From: Nitrosopumilus sp.
GTDB taxonomy: Archaea > Thermoproteota > Nitrososphaeria > Nitrososphaerales > Nitrosopumilaceae
Assembly (NCBI GenBank): GCA_965249555.1
Contig: OZ252243.1
Location: 512,001 to 576,000, forward strand
Length of the DNA stretch: 64,000 nt
Direction of reading: 5' to 3'
Part shown: piece by piece, positions 55,401-64,000 of the stretch
Layout of the letters: each line of letters opens with the position of its first letter
Position numbering within the stretch: the first letter of the stretch is position 1
Position numbers and translations under genes: made by a program
The notes under the pieces: model-generated
The model's database searches: none
Told to the model about the DNA's origin: nothing
Seen by the model: only the letters and a program-made list of their open reading frames with translations

Positions 55401-55707
55401 CAACATTTGCAAAATAAGCATACCAATTACCATCAGTTGCCTGAACCATTTGTAATGAGTTTCCATCAAGTGTAACATCAGGGTGGCCCTCTGCTTCATC
55501 AGTGTCTCGTAAATTTGGATCCCGAATAATTACTTCAATTACCATAGAGCCTGAAAAATGATTGTCAAATTGTGAATTCTCAGCTGAGACAAACAAGTCG
55601 GGATTACTTGACGCCTCAGCATTCATTACAGGAATTAGTGAAATAAGTGAGAAAATTGCCAGTAAACAGTATTTTTTGTCCAACATCTCAAAATTCCGTC
55701 TAATCAC
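52435..55707 (-). CDS. Large secreted thaumarchaeal surface protein
   Basis: Signal peptide, ETG/ET..STGxFEG motifs, IPDWIKNNAKWWA...YLVKKGII tail; 48-bp tandem duplication at 52636-52735. Confidence 0.8.
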   Translation of the reverse strand: MIRRNFEMLDKKYCLLAIFSLISLIPVMNAEASSNPDLFVSAENSQFDNHFSGSMVIEVIIRDPNLRDTDEAEGHPDVTLDGNSLQMVQATDGNWYAYFANVEKAQVADSTVGLAGEGLDFGVFCSKDTSSSVFGVSFSETDGIAVPQSAGLESFTNGDSSFSPCTGSPTGSTNLNNVVRHAKSINTNPNIPVGQIGLDSNAWPLIQLYSFSDVTIQYNPGGSSQQVSLEYDEIPNISLNLDRDLYPNNSEVFLTINDFQLNQDPTDEDSWTFNIDSPVSVFYQAFDDSGNDAANENAGLVDLAPYLSSLGFEDNGKLSLDLGNIMELKTNNHQPDSSVDDDGVSNTFSEIVTLVEQGSNSGFFENFDYTDQSTLGILDGAPRGQAGHITYNKNSVSVLTGSSTASVSLSSDPVLTIGTGESLNPGTEYPVILVDSDQNLNTGTRDDLNVFRATAIIPTIIIGNPVTFENAQDVLFHTSSPVLSVDGEADSSVPDSNSDLLVIDTSPVPDGPYEMISVNLGISASTLALTLLDVSESDTGGTNWINYDLRSFENDFGISDFGDTSFNMTFGALGLSSITIADVGDVSSSQGFIQIDDSVVNDLVDESGTVFLVIDFDSSDNDAGVLTVSSETNKQPIVFDIFSFGLKNEQSINNSIYRFELEETLANSSTFEGTFEYAVTNQLNILDPNFIQTIQTIDEEIKIIVTDRLIDEEGITISYSDLDKTGVTTTTSAKSDITTHSGTVSTTSTSFRFGQPVTIILKDSDLNLKSDTIEVYRAINDPNSPLVDTVGKDGEILLEIKIKDIRYKRCTIDGVEYDGLASKGFSLVETGPSTGIFEGSFKMPSWICDKTGSKLISPAGGSLDARYYDSRDAFGNSNIFDLLNSQTPVSFSSPAKLSHDQVSLPNIDSVQEIILSGSINNQKRGIPLSIALTNPDGTVQNFGAILTASGGYKSIFTINANSLPGKYFIHLSYDDQNLGTLSFFVTSETILDSPKNDARLWSSDSISDSPKNDARLWSSDSISDSEFIDGIEHLIENEIISTTPSEKNTLEREIPDWIKNNAKWWANDLISDEDFVGSINYLVKKGIIRI

Positions 55708-55779
55708 AAATAATAGTGTCGCAGCATTTCTTCTTAGAAACTAGTAATACATGATAAGAAATATCAAAAAATAAGAAAA

Positions 55780-57132
55780 ATGTTTGTTCAAAGAACCAAA
55801 GTTTTACAGATTTCACTTTTGGCTATTTTTTCTGCATTTGTAGTAGAATTAATTTTTGGTTTAATTTCAAACAGTCTTGCCCTCATCACAGATAGTATTC
55901 ATGCATTGTTAGATAGTGTAGTTACTGTTGTTCTACTTTTGGCAGCAAGAATGGCAATCAAACCTCCTGATGCAGAACATACCTACGGACATGGAAAAAT
56001 CGAATCATTAGGAGGATTGATTGGGGGAATAGCAATTTTTCTGATTGCATGTTTTTTCATTTACGAATCTATCAACAGATTACAAAGTCCCCCACCAAGT
56101 ATCCTACCAGGATTATTTGCAATAATTGGCGGATTATACACGATAGGAATTGATTTTTTCAGAATAATTCTGTTAAGAAGATCCATAAAAAAAATTGGAG
56201 GTGCAACTCTCAAAGCAGATTTTTACCATGCATTTATGGATCTTGGCTCTACTGTAATTGCAATTGTTGGAATAGTTTTGATATCATACGGATTCTATTA
56301 TGGAGATTTTGTTGCAGCATTGATCTTAGGAGGATTGTTAGCAGTCCTTAGTGTAAAACTAATCTACAAAACTGCTCTCGATTTGACGGACATTATCTCA
56401 CCTAAACTTGTAAAAGATGTCAGAGAGATTGCAACATCAACAAAGGGAGTCATTGATGCTAATCCAATACTGATGAGAAGATCAGGTGATACAATTTTTG
56501 CAGACATAACGATTTCATTAAGAGGCGATACCAGTTTTGACAAAGCACATGAAATTAGTAATAGTGTTGAGAGAAACATAAAAAATAAAATTTCAAATGC
56601 ATCAATTACAATACATTTTGAACCAAATTGGAAAGATGTTCCATTAGATGCAAAAATTTTAGATATTGTAAAAAGTGTTGATGGTGTAAAAGATGTTCAT
56701 AATGTCAGTACACATAAAACCAAAGGAAAGACATTTTCTGATTTACATGTAATGGTTGACAAAGAGATTAATCTATCATCAGCCCATAAAATTTCTGAAA
56801 TTGTTGAGCAGAAAATTCAAGAAAATATACCTGAAATTGAACATTCCACTATCCATTTAGAGCCATTTGTGACAGTACCTGAGAAATTTAATGTGGAAGA
56901 CACAATTACAGAAGAGATAATCAAGCGTGCTTTAGAGAAATATCCAGAAATCAAAAAAATCGGTCGTATTGTATCTTTGAGTTTTGAGAATATTCTCAAA
57001 ATTGACATAGATTGTTCATTTGATAAGGAATTGTCAATTGAAAAAGTTCATGATTTGACCTCAGAGATAGAACATGTCATTAGAGCACAAATCAAAAATG
57101 CAGTAATAACAATTCATCCTGAACCAGACTAA
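55780..57132 (+). CDS. Cation diffusion facilitator with repeated ZT-dimer domains
   Basis: DSIHALLD, HTYGHGKIE, ADFYHAFMD, three IHxEP motifs. Confidence 0.92.
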   Translation: MFVQRTKVLQISLLAIFSAFVVELIFGLISNSLALITDSIHALLDSVVTVVLLLAARMAIKPPDAEHTYGHGKIESLGGLIGGIAIFLIACFFIYESINRLQSPPPSILPGLFAIIGGLYTIGIDFFRIILLRRSIKKIGGATLKADFYHAFMDLGSTVIAIVGIVLISYGFYYGDFVAALILGGLLAVLSVKLIYKTALDLTDIISPKLVKDVREIATSTKGVIDANPILMRRSGDTIFADITISLRGDTSFDKAHEISNSVERNIKNKISNASITIHFEPNWKDVPLDAKILDIVKSVDGVKDVHNVSTHKTKGKTFSDLHVMVDKEINLSSAHKISEIVEQKIQENIPEIEHSTIHLEPFVTVPEKFNVEDTITEEIIKRALEKYPEIKKIGRIVSLSFENILKIDIDCSFDKELSIEKVHDLTSEIEHVIRAQIKNAVITIHPEPD

Positions 57133-58307
57133 ACCAAAATACTAGTTAGATACATTACTAACATTCCTGCAGCAAAACCAGCTATAACTGCAGCACTAGA
57201 GAAATTTTTGTCACCTTCATCTCTAATCCATTTCATTATTACGACAATTACTTGGAAAATAGCTCCTGCCCCTATTGCAAGAAAAATCACCGAAGCAAAT
57301 GGAGTATATACAAAACCACCTACCCATGCACCAAAAATGGCAGGAGAGCCTGCAATTAACCCCATGGCGGCCAATTTTCCAATCATCAATTTTCCTCTAG
57401 ACATAGGTGCAGCAATAGCAATACCCTCAGTAGTATTATGCAAAGCAAATCCTACAATTAGAAACGTGCTAAATGCAAGAGAACCTAATCCAACAGCCGC
57501 ACCAATAGCAAGTCCTTCACCAAAATTATGCATGCCAATTCCAATAGAAATCATCAATGCAATTGCAACAGGTTTTGAAATTTTTGAAGAATCAGCTTTT
57601 TTGACAAGTTTGTTTCCAGTGTAATATAGTCCAAGAAAAGACAATACTATAACGGTAGTAACAAGTAAAGTGCCATTAAAGCTTCCAGCTAAACTCTCAT
57701 CAGAAACATCAATTGCTTCCTCAATAGAATCAACTGCTAAGAAAAATAGCAATCCAGCAGTCAATGCCAAAAAGAAATGGTATTTTTGTTTGCTTATTCT
57801 TTTAATGAAAGGAAGCCACAATAATCCAATCATTACAGGAATAACTCCAACATAAGTTCCAATCACTGCAAAAAATATTACAAGATCAAAAGAGGGCTCT
57901 AATGCAGGAGCGGCAGCCTCTATCTCTTTTTCAAATCTAGTTCCATCTTCAATTGTAATTCCAATGACATATGGTTCTGCATGATTCCATTCGAATGGTA
58001 TTCTCACCAAAGCTGTTTCATATCTTTCCAGGAATCCATCTGGTTCAACTGCTGCAGGTTGTATTCTGTCATTAATATCTGCCATAACAACTTCAACAGG
58101 GATAGGCCCAGTGTTTCTAACAGTAGCTTGAATTTCAGAATCTACAAAGTCAACTTTTTCTATAGTTATTTCAGGTAAAGATATTCCAAAATCTAAAAGA
58201 TCAGATCCTGGACCAAAAATGTATGCTACCAAAAGTATGAGAAACACAAACGGGATTATCCCACTTGCTAGAATCTTGCCTTTTGATGATTTATTGCTAA
58301 TTTCCAT
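57129..58307 (-). CDS. ZIP-family metal transporter
   Basis: GMHNFGEGLAIG, ALHNTTEG. Confidence 0.9.
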   Translation of the reverse strand: MEISNKSSKGKILASGIIPFVFLILLVAYIFGPGSDLLDFGISLPEITIEKVDFVDSEIQATVRNTGPIPVEVVMADINDRIQPAAVEPDGFLERYETALVRIPFEWNHAEPYVIGITIEDGTRFEKEIEAAAPALEPSFDLVIFFAVIGTYVGVIPVMIGLLWLPFIKRISKQKYHFFLALTAGLLFFLAVDSIEEAIDVSDESLAGSFNGTLLVTTVIVLSFLGLYYTGNKLVKKADSSKISKPVAIALMISIGIGMHNFGEGLAIGAAVGLGSLAFSTFLIVGFALHNTTEGIAIAAPMSRGKLMIGKLAAMGLIAGSPAIFGAWVGGFVYTPFASVIFLAIGAGAIFQVIVVIMKWIRDEGDKNFSSAAVIAGFAAGMLVMYLTSILV

Positions 58308-59364
58308 AGTCTACTCCTGTTTGTGATTTTTGATCTAGATTGTCCTTAACTAGAAATATCCCAACCCAGCCTTTTTCTGAAAATTCTACCTTGTGAGCGT
58401 GAAATAGATACTTTCCAGGATATTCATACTGGAATTCCATAATACCACGCTCAGTTTGTGACAGAGTAATCATATCAGTGTAAAACGAAGGAACAGTATC
58501 AGTTCCTGTTGGATAGTAATGGTATAGGTTACCATGCAAGTGTAGATTGTTTATTGGATCGAATTCAACCATGTTGACAACATAGATACGAACTAGTTCG
58601 TTAGTGTTGATTTCAATGGGGTGATGTTGATAATAAAATGGAACTGTGTTTGCAGCATAAAAATTATTTTCAGTATCAAAATCAGTGTCCAAACCATTTA
58701 GAACCATAACCATTTCATCTGCTGCAGGTCTGCCTTCTTTTGGATCAACAATGTAAACACCGTACAAACCACGTGCAATATGTTCTTCAAGCGGCATCAC
58801 ATGGCAGTGATATGGATGAACACCAACAGGACCTGCTTTAAATTCATAAGTAAAGCTACCGCCTGATCCAACTATTTCAAATACACCATCCATCTCGGCG
58901 GGATGAATTCCATGAAAGTGCATTGTATGGGACTTTGAACCGTTGTTGATGAAATTTATGCGGACAAGATCACCCTCAGTAGCTCTTATGGTTGGACCTG
59001 GAACAGTGCCATTGAATGTCCACACATTAAAGAATACACCCGGTGAGACTTCCATAATTTTATCATCTTCTGCAACAATTGTAAATTCTCTTAGAGTAGT
59101 TCCATCAGGCAGTTGCGAAACTTTTCCATAGTTAAATTCTCGAAGATATTTCATTGGATCAAATTCCATGGTTGCGCTAGTATACAATGGGTCCAATACT
59201 TCGCCTGTTGTTTTTATAACACCGCCAGTATGTGTAACAAAGATATTATCTTCCAGTTGGGCACTAATATCCTCTGTAAATGCAAAATAAAGTGTAGACA
59301 TTGCAATGATTACAGATATTGATACGATCATAATTCTAGAGCGATATTTGTTCATTAGATACAT
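58297..59364 (-). CDS. Two-domain multicopper oxidase
   Basis: HTMHFHG, YHCHV...H, LHLHG, FHAH. Confidence 0.9.
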   Translation of the reverse strand: MYLMNKYRSRIMIVSISVIIAMSTLYFAFTEDISAQLEDNIFVTHTGGVIKTTGEVLDPLYTSATMEFDPMKYLREFNYGKVSQLPDGTTLREFTIVAEDDKIMEVSPGVFFNVWTFNGTVPGPTIRATEGDLVRINFINNGSKSHTMHFHGIHPAEMDGVFEIVGSGGSFTYEFKAGPVGVHPYHCHVMPLEEHIARGLYGVYIVDPKEGRPAADEMVMVLNGLDTDFDTENNFYAANTVPFYYQHHPIEINTNELVRIYVVNMVEFDPINNLHLHGNLYHYYPTGTDTVPSFYTDMITLSQTERGIMEFQYEYPGKYLFHAHKVEFSEKGWVGIFLVKDNLDQKSQTGVDYGN

Positions 59365-59393
59365 TTTGCAGGCTTGTAAATTGTAATTTAAAT

Positions 59394-59426
59394 TTACCCT
59401 AAGCTAACTTTTTTAGTATGATCTAA
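59394..59426. promoter_or_regulatory. Candidate tandem DtxR/MntR-type operators
   Basis: TTAC-CCTAAG-CTAA and TTAG-TATGAT-CTAA directly upstream of the oxidase-ZIP operon. Confidence 0.45.
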
Positions 59427-59498
59427 CTTTATTATACAAGACTAATTTACAAATTTTCAAAAAATTACGTTTAAACTAAAGAAAATCAGTCATAATTT

Positions 59499-60002
59499 AT
59501 GCAAAAATCAGGGATAATGCTAGTCAGCTCTGCAGCATTAATTGCGATAGGATTGCTCTTGTTAGTTTTAGGAAATCAAATTATCTTAGAAGGGATTAGT
59601 CAGGAAGATGGAAAAGTAAGTTCTAGTCAATCACTTACAGTTTCAGTAGATTTTGATTCACAAAAGACAGAAATGGGGATTTTTGCGGTTCAAATAATGG
59701 AGTTCAAAGACAACACATTTTCTGCCAAAGTATTAGATCCATTTGATAGTGAGATTATTGCTCAAACAATTAATGAAGAGACTACCGAAAAAGAATTTGA
59801 TGTATTAGAGACTGGAACTTACAGACTAATTATTGAAAGTACTAGTAATGAAGAACCCATGGTATTTGCAGCTATAGGTCCACTACCAGATACTAACAAA
59901 CAATTACTTGGTTTTATCTCACTGGTAGTACTTGTTATTGGAATGATTGGACTAGTGGCAGTAGGCATCTACGGGGTTAAAAATAGAAGAAAATCAATTT
60001 AG
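59499..60002 (+). CDS. Hypothetical membrane protein (N- and C-terminal TM)
   Basis: Hydrophobic termini. Confidence 0.75.
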   Translation: MQKSGIMLVSSAALIAIGLLLLVLGNQIILEGISQEDGKVSSSQSLTVSVDFDSQKTEMGIFAVQIMEFKDNTFSAKVLDPFDSEIIAQTINEETTEKEFDVLETGTYRLIIESTSNEEPMVFAAIGPLPDTNKQLLGFISLVVLVIGMIGLVAVGIYGVKNRRKSI

Positions 60003-60314
60003 GTAACTATCCATTTTTTCAAGACTATCAATAGCGGCATCAAAGTTATCACTATTTTCAACAAGGGTACTAAGTTTATCAGAATTTGCAACAAGAAAAC
60101 ATTTTCCATCATCAGATTTTTTAGAAATGAATTCATGCTCTATCAGATAAGAGAGTCTTTCAAGAACCTCAGATTCAGATATGGATGCTTGTTGGGCTAA
60201 AAATGAACATTCTTTTTCACCATCTTCTAGTTCTGCCAATATTGAAGATGTTACAGGATCAAACATACAATCTACAATTTTTTCTCGATCAAATGTTTCA
60301 TCCATTTCACTCAA
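59994..60314 (-). CDS. Winged-helix (ArsR-like) protein
   Basis: DPVTSSILAEL...LAQQASISESEVLERLSYLIEHEFI. Confidence 0.7.
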   Translation of the reverse strand: MSEMDETFDREKIVDCMFDPVTSSILAELEDGEKECSFLAQQASISESEVLERLSYLIEHEFISKKSDDGKCFLVANSDKLSTLVENSDNFDAAIDSLEKMDSYLN

Positions 60315-60392
60315 TTAGAAAAGTTGGAAATTTATAACTTTTTACATAAATCTTGCCAATAAGATAATTAAGAAAAAGATACTCAAAGAATC

Positions 60393-60545
60393 ATGCAAAA
60401 ACTTTGCAGTAAAGATCCATCTGGAAAAGGGAGACACTGTTTTTGCATAGATATTGATGCCCAGAGAGGAGTCAAAAAATGCTGTAAATGTAATCAATGG
60501 AATGTTCACGGCAATGATTGGACAGAAGATGAGGACTTTAGATAA
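60393..60545 (+). CDS. 50-aa Cys-rich microprotein
   Basis: Hand-translated: MQKLCSKDPSGKGRHCFCIDIDAQRGVKKCCKCNQWNVHGNDWTEDEDFR. Confidence 0.55.
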   Translation: MQKLCSKDPSGKGRHCFCIDIDAQRGVKKCCKCNQWNVHGNDWTEDEDFR

Positions 60546-60670
60546 TTTAGATTGAAAAAGGCATCATCATTGTGACTAGAGAGAAAAATCATCAGAAAAG
60601 AAAATTGAAAAATCACCTAATTTGACGCCTAGCATGGTTTTTATCGGGGTTTCTTTGAATTTTGGAATAC

Positions 60671-61264
60671 TTGAGCAGTCAAGAATATAAACACATTGTA
60701 AGGATTGTGGGTAACGATATCCCAGGTGAAAAAAAGTCGCTTGTAGGATTGACCCAGATCAAGGGTATTGGGTATAACTTTGCTACAGCAATTCTTGATA
60801 CTCTGAAAATTAATACAAATTCCAATATCGGTAATCTTACTGATGATAATGTTCAAGCAATTGAAAAATTAATTTTAGATCCAATCGGAGCAAATTTTCC
60901 AACATGGTTTCTTAACAGAAATAAAAATATTGAAACCGGGAAAAATTTGCATTTGTTGACATCAGATATTCCATTTACATTAAGAAATGATATTGAAAGA
61001 GAGAGAATAACTGCAAGTTGGAGAGCTTACCGTCATCTAAGTGGACTAAAAGTTAGAGGACAGAGAACTAGAACTTCAGGAAGAAAAGGCGGAGCAGTTG
61101 GTGTTGCCAAAGGTGGACTAGCAGCTCCAGTAAAGAAAGGTGATCCAGGAGCTGCAGCAGATCCAGCAACAGATGCAGCAGCTACAACAGCAGATGCAGC
61201 AACAGAAAAGAAAGAAGCTCCAGCAACAGAAAAGAAAGAAGCTCCAGCGGAGAAAACTAAATAG
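60671..61264 (+). CDS. rps13: 30S ribosomal protein uS13
   Basis: [24 protein letters not shown]. Confidence 0.95.
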   Translation: MSSQEYKHIVRIVGNDIPGEKKSLVGLTQIKGIGYNFATAILDTLKINTNSNIGNLTDDNVQAIEKLILDPIGANFPTWFLNRNKNIETGKNLHLLTSDIPFTLRNDIERERITASWRAYRHLSGLKVRGQRTRTSGRKGGAVGVAKGGLAAPVKKGDPGAAADPATDAAATTADAATEKKEAPATEKKEAPAEKTK

Positions 61265-61273
61265 GTGTCATAA

Positions 61274-61900
61274 GTGGGAGACCCAAAATATTCACGTAGA
61301 GTTTGGAGAAAACCAAAGAGACCCCTTAATTATGAACTAAAGATGGAAGAACTGAAAACTGTTGGTACATTTGGATTGAGAACTAAAAGAGAATTATGGA
61401 AAGCACATACAGAATTATCACGTGTTAGACATCAAGCAAGATCATTGCTTGCATTAAGACAAGAAGTTAGAGAAGAGAAAGAGCCAATCTTGATGAAATC
61501 TCTTGCCAGAATAGGATTAGTAAGCAGTGATGCAACATTAGATGATGTACTTAATCTAAATGTGGATGATTTACTTTCACGTAGACTACAAACTATTGTT
61601 TCAAAAAAGCTTGGATTCAAAACACCATATCAAGCAAGACAAGCAGTAATTCATGGACACATAATGATTGGAGATAGAAAAATAGACATTCCATCATACA
61701 CAGTTACAATAGGAGAAGAAGGCAATATTCATTTTACACCTGAATCTAAAATTCCAGAAATGTTAGAAAAAACAAAATCAGAACCTGTGGTTGAGAAACC
61801 AGTTGGAGAAGAGGGTGAAACACCTGCTAAAGAAGTCAAGACACCTGCTGAAGAAGCACCAAAAGATGAGAGTTCTTCAACAGAACAATCAAAAAAATAG
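61274..61900 (+). CDS. rps4: 30S ribosomal protein uS4
   Basis: MGDPK, GLRTKRELW, RRLQT, QARQAVIHGHI. Confidence 0.95.
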   Translation: MGDPKYSRRVWRKPKRPLNYELKMEELKTVGTFGLRTKRELWKAHTELSRVRHQARSLLALRQEVREEKEPILMKSLARIGLVSSDATLDDVLNLNVDDLLSRRLQTIVSKKLGFKTPYQARQAVIHGHIMIGDRKIDIPSYTVTIGEEGNIHFTPESKIPEMLEKTKSEPVVEKPVGEEGETPAKEVKTPAEEAPKDESSSTEQSKK

Positions 61901-61940
61901 GCTTACCAGTAAATAACCCCAAATTATCAGAGAGAATAAC

Positions 61941-63701
61941 ATGTGTTCAATTATTGGTTACTACGGAAAGAAAATTGCAGCACCCATCATTGTAAAGGGG
62001 TTGAAAAGAATGGAGTATCGTGGATACGATAGTGTTGGGGTTGCAACAGAATCTGAAAATCAAATTGAGCTAAAAAAAGGCACTGGAAAAGTAAATGAAG
62101 TAAATTCAAAAGTTCAGTTAGATAAACTTCCAGGAAAAGTAGGTATTGGCCATACTAGATGGGCAACTCATGGAAAAGTTACAGACATCAATGCACATCC
62201 ACATCCAAGTAACTCTGGAAAAATTGCAATAGTACACAATGGAATTATAGAAAATTTTGAAGAGTTGAAGAAACAATTAGAAAATGATGGGTATAGTTTC
62301 AAAAGTGAAACAGACAGCGAAGTAATTGCAAACTTGCTTCAAAAAAACTATGAGTTAACTAGAGATGTTAAAGAAACAATTATGAAAACAGTTGCAGTAC
62401 TTGAAGGACATTTTGCATTTGTTGTAATGTTTGAAAATGGTCAGCTTGCAGCTGCAAGATTTCATGAACCATTAATAATAGGAATTGGACATGATGATTT
62501 CTTTTTGTCAAGCGATGTTCTTGGATTCATTGAATATACAGATGATGCAATTTACATGGAGAATGGAAATTTTGTTATTTTAGATAAAAACAGGTTTCAG
62601 ATTTCAGATTTTAATGGTGAACATGTAAAATATGGAATAACAAAAGTTTCAAAAGAATTTGGAGATGCATACAAAGGAGATTATGCACATTTTACACTAA
62701 AAGAAATTTACGAGCAACATGAAACAATCTTGAAGGCTGGGGAAAAAACAGCAGATGCAATTGAAAAAACAGCAGACCATATCAGACATGCAAAAAATAT
62801 CTACATAACAGGAAGCGGAACTAGTTTCAATTCTGCACTAATTGCAAAGCAAATTTTATCAAAATATGTCAAAATCAAGGCTGAACCAATCATATCAAGT
62901 GAACTCCAATTTGCACCAGACAGTATTGAAGAAAATTCCATTCTAATTGCAATATCTCAAAGTGGAGAAAGTGCTGATGTTTTAGATGCAGTGAGAATTG
63001 CAAAAAAAGCAAATTGCAAGATAATATCTATTGTCAATTTGCTCACATCATCACTTGCACGTGAAGCAGATGTAGTGATTGGCATGAATTGTGGACCTGA
63101 AATTGGGGTTGCCGCAACAAAAAGTTTCACATCACAACTAGTAATACTCTACAAAATTGTGCAAAAATTAAGTAGCAATGACATTACAATTAATTTTGAA
63201 AAGTTTTCTGAATCAATTTTAAAGATATTAGAGAATCCAAAAAAAATTCAACAGATTGCAAAAGAATTAAAGAAAATTTCAGATATTTACATTTTAGGAA
63301 GAGGAATAAATTATCCTATTGCGATAGAGGCTGCTTTAAAATTAAAAGAGTTAACATACATTCATGCAGAAGGAATTCCAGGAGGGGAATTAAAACATGG
63401 GCCTCTTGCACTAATGGATTCTAATGTATTTGTGATTATCATCAACCCAAATGATTCAACTTATTCAGATACGCTGACAAGTGCTAGAGAGATAAAAGCT
63501 CGTGATGCAAAAATTATTGGAGTTTCAGATATAGAAAGTGATGTGTATGACTATTGGATAGAAATTCCAAAAATAGATGAAGTGTTGTATCCAATTTCAG
63601 AAATTATTCCAATACAGTTGTTAGCATACTATGCAGCACTTGAAAAAGATACAGACCCGGATTATCCTAGAAATCTAGCAAAATCAGTTACAGTAAAGTA
63701 A
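61941..63701 (+). CDS. glmS: Glutamine--fructose-6-phosphate transaminase
   Basis: MCSIIG, EYRGYDS, GHTRWATHG, ELKHGP, PRNLAKSVTV. Confidence 0.97.
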   Translation: MCSIIGYYGKKIAAPIIVKGLKRMEYRGYDSVGVATESENQIELKKGTGKVNEVNSKVQLDKLPGKVGIGHTRWATHGKVTDINAHPHPSNSGKIAIVHNGIIENFEELKKQLENDGYSFKSETDSEVIANLLQKNYELTRDVKETIMKTVAVLEGHFAFVVMFENGQLAAARFHEPLIIGIGHDDFFLSSDVLGFIEYTDDAIYMENGNFVILDKNRFQISDFNGEHVKYGITKVSKEFGDAYKGDYAHFTLKEIYEQHETILKAGEKTADAIEKTADHIRHAKNIYITGSGTSFNSALIAKQILSKYVKIKAEPIISSELQFAPDSIEENSILIAISQSGESADVLDAVRIAKKANCKIISIVNLLTSSLAREADVVIGMNCGPEIGVAATKSFTSQLVILYKIVQKLSSNDITINFEKFSESILKILENPKKIQQIAKELKKISDIYILGRGINYPIAIEAALKLKELTYIHAEGIPGGELKHGPLALMDSNVFVIIINPNDSTYSDTLTSAREIKARDAKIIGVSDIESDVYDYWIEIPKIDEVLYPISEIIPIQLLAYYAALEKDTDPDYPRNLAKSVTVK

Positions 63702-64000
63702 ACAATCTGTGATATTCTTTTTCTACCATCTCTAAAAATTCTGCAGAATTGTTTCCCGTTTTGAGCATGGATGAGATAATGCTACCACCCGCTCCAACAC
63801 CTTCTTTTGCAAATCCTTCTGAAAATGCCCTTAGACCAGAGTATTGTGAATTTTTTAAGCCAGGATCAACAGAGATTGCTGGAATATCAGATATTTCCTT
63901 GACTAAATTCTTGAAATTTGCACTTTTATCATTTGCAATATACGAAGTAGTTCCAATTGCAGTATTTTCTTCATTAAATCCAATTTTTGATGCAAATGCC
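63688..64000 (-). CDS. cobT: Archaeal NaMN:DMB phosphoribosyltransferase CobT (3' part)
   Basis: IGTTSYI...GLRAFSEGFAKEGVGAGG. Confidence 0.8.
   Translation of the reverse strand, partial: AFASKIGFNEENTAIGTTSYIANDKSANFKNLVKEISDIPAISVDPGLKNSQYSGLRAFSEGFAKEGVGAGGSIISSMLKTGNNSAEFLEMVEKEYHRLFTLL

Overview
The window appears to come from an ammonia-oxidising archaeon of the Nitrosopumilaceae, judged from RadA, archaeal uS13/uS4, a CFI-box-CTERM surface protein and an IPxWIKNNAKWW-tailed surface protein. A host-associated (e.g. sponge) lineage is an inference from the IS load. Four zones: (1) <1-15017, one minus-strand ORF of more than 5,000 aa that the ORF track missed because it runs off the edge. 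It encodes a signal peptide, many fibronectin-III and Ig-like modules, and about 15 copies of an unassigned ~85-aa repeat. (2) ~15.1-38.6 kb, an AT-rich, IS-shattered defence island with IS66, two IS110-family types, IS630, IS5-like and IS1595 relics. Cargo includes a GmrSD-type nuclease, RelE-type TA pairs, a Panacea-like antitoxin, a HEPN-motif/PIN/HNH cluster, Mrr-like and Cas4-like nucleases, and a DM13 gene boxed by direct repeats. (3) rlmN and radA, then a second accessory block (IS6, IS66-split receptor cyclase, ParB-RHH, truncated integrase). (4) Core genes from mdh to cobT. The best candidate for an undescribed system is at 20295-21291: a loop-less ribosomal protein uS10-like gene translationally coupled to a catalytically intact stand-alone class III nucleotide cyclase. 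It is followed by an IS-truncated transmembrane stub and sits beside GmrSD. All homology calls are by-eye motif recognition; no searches were run.
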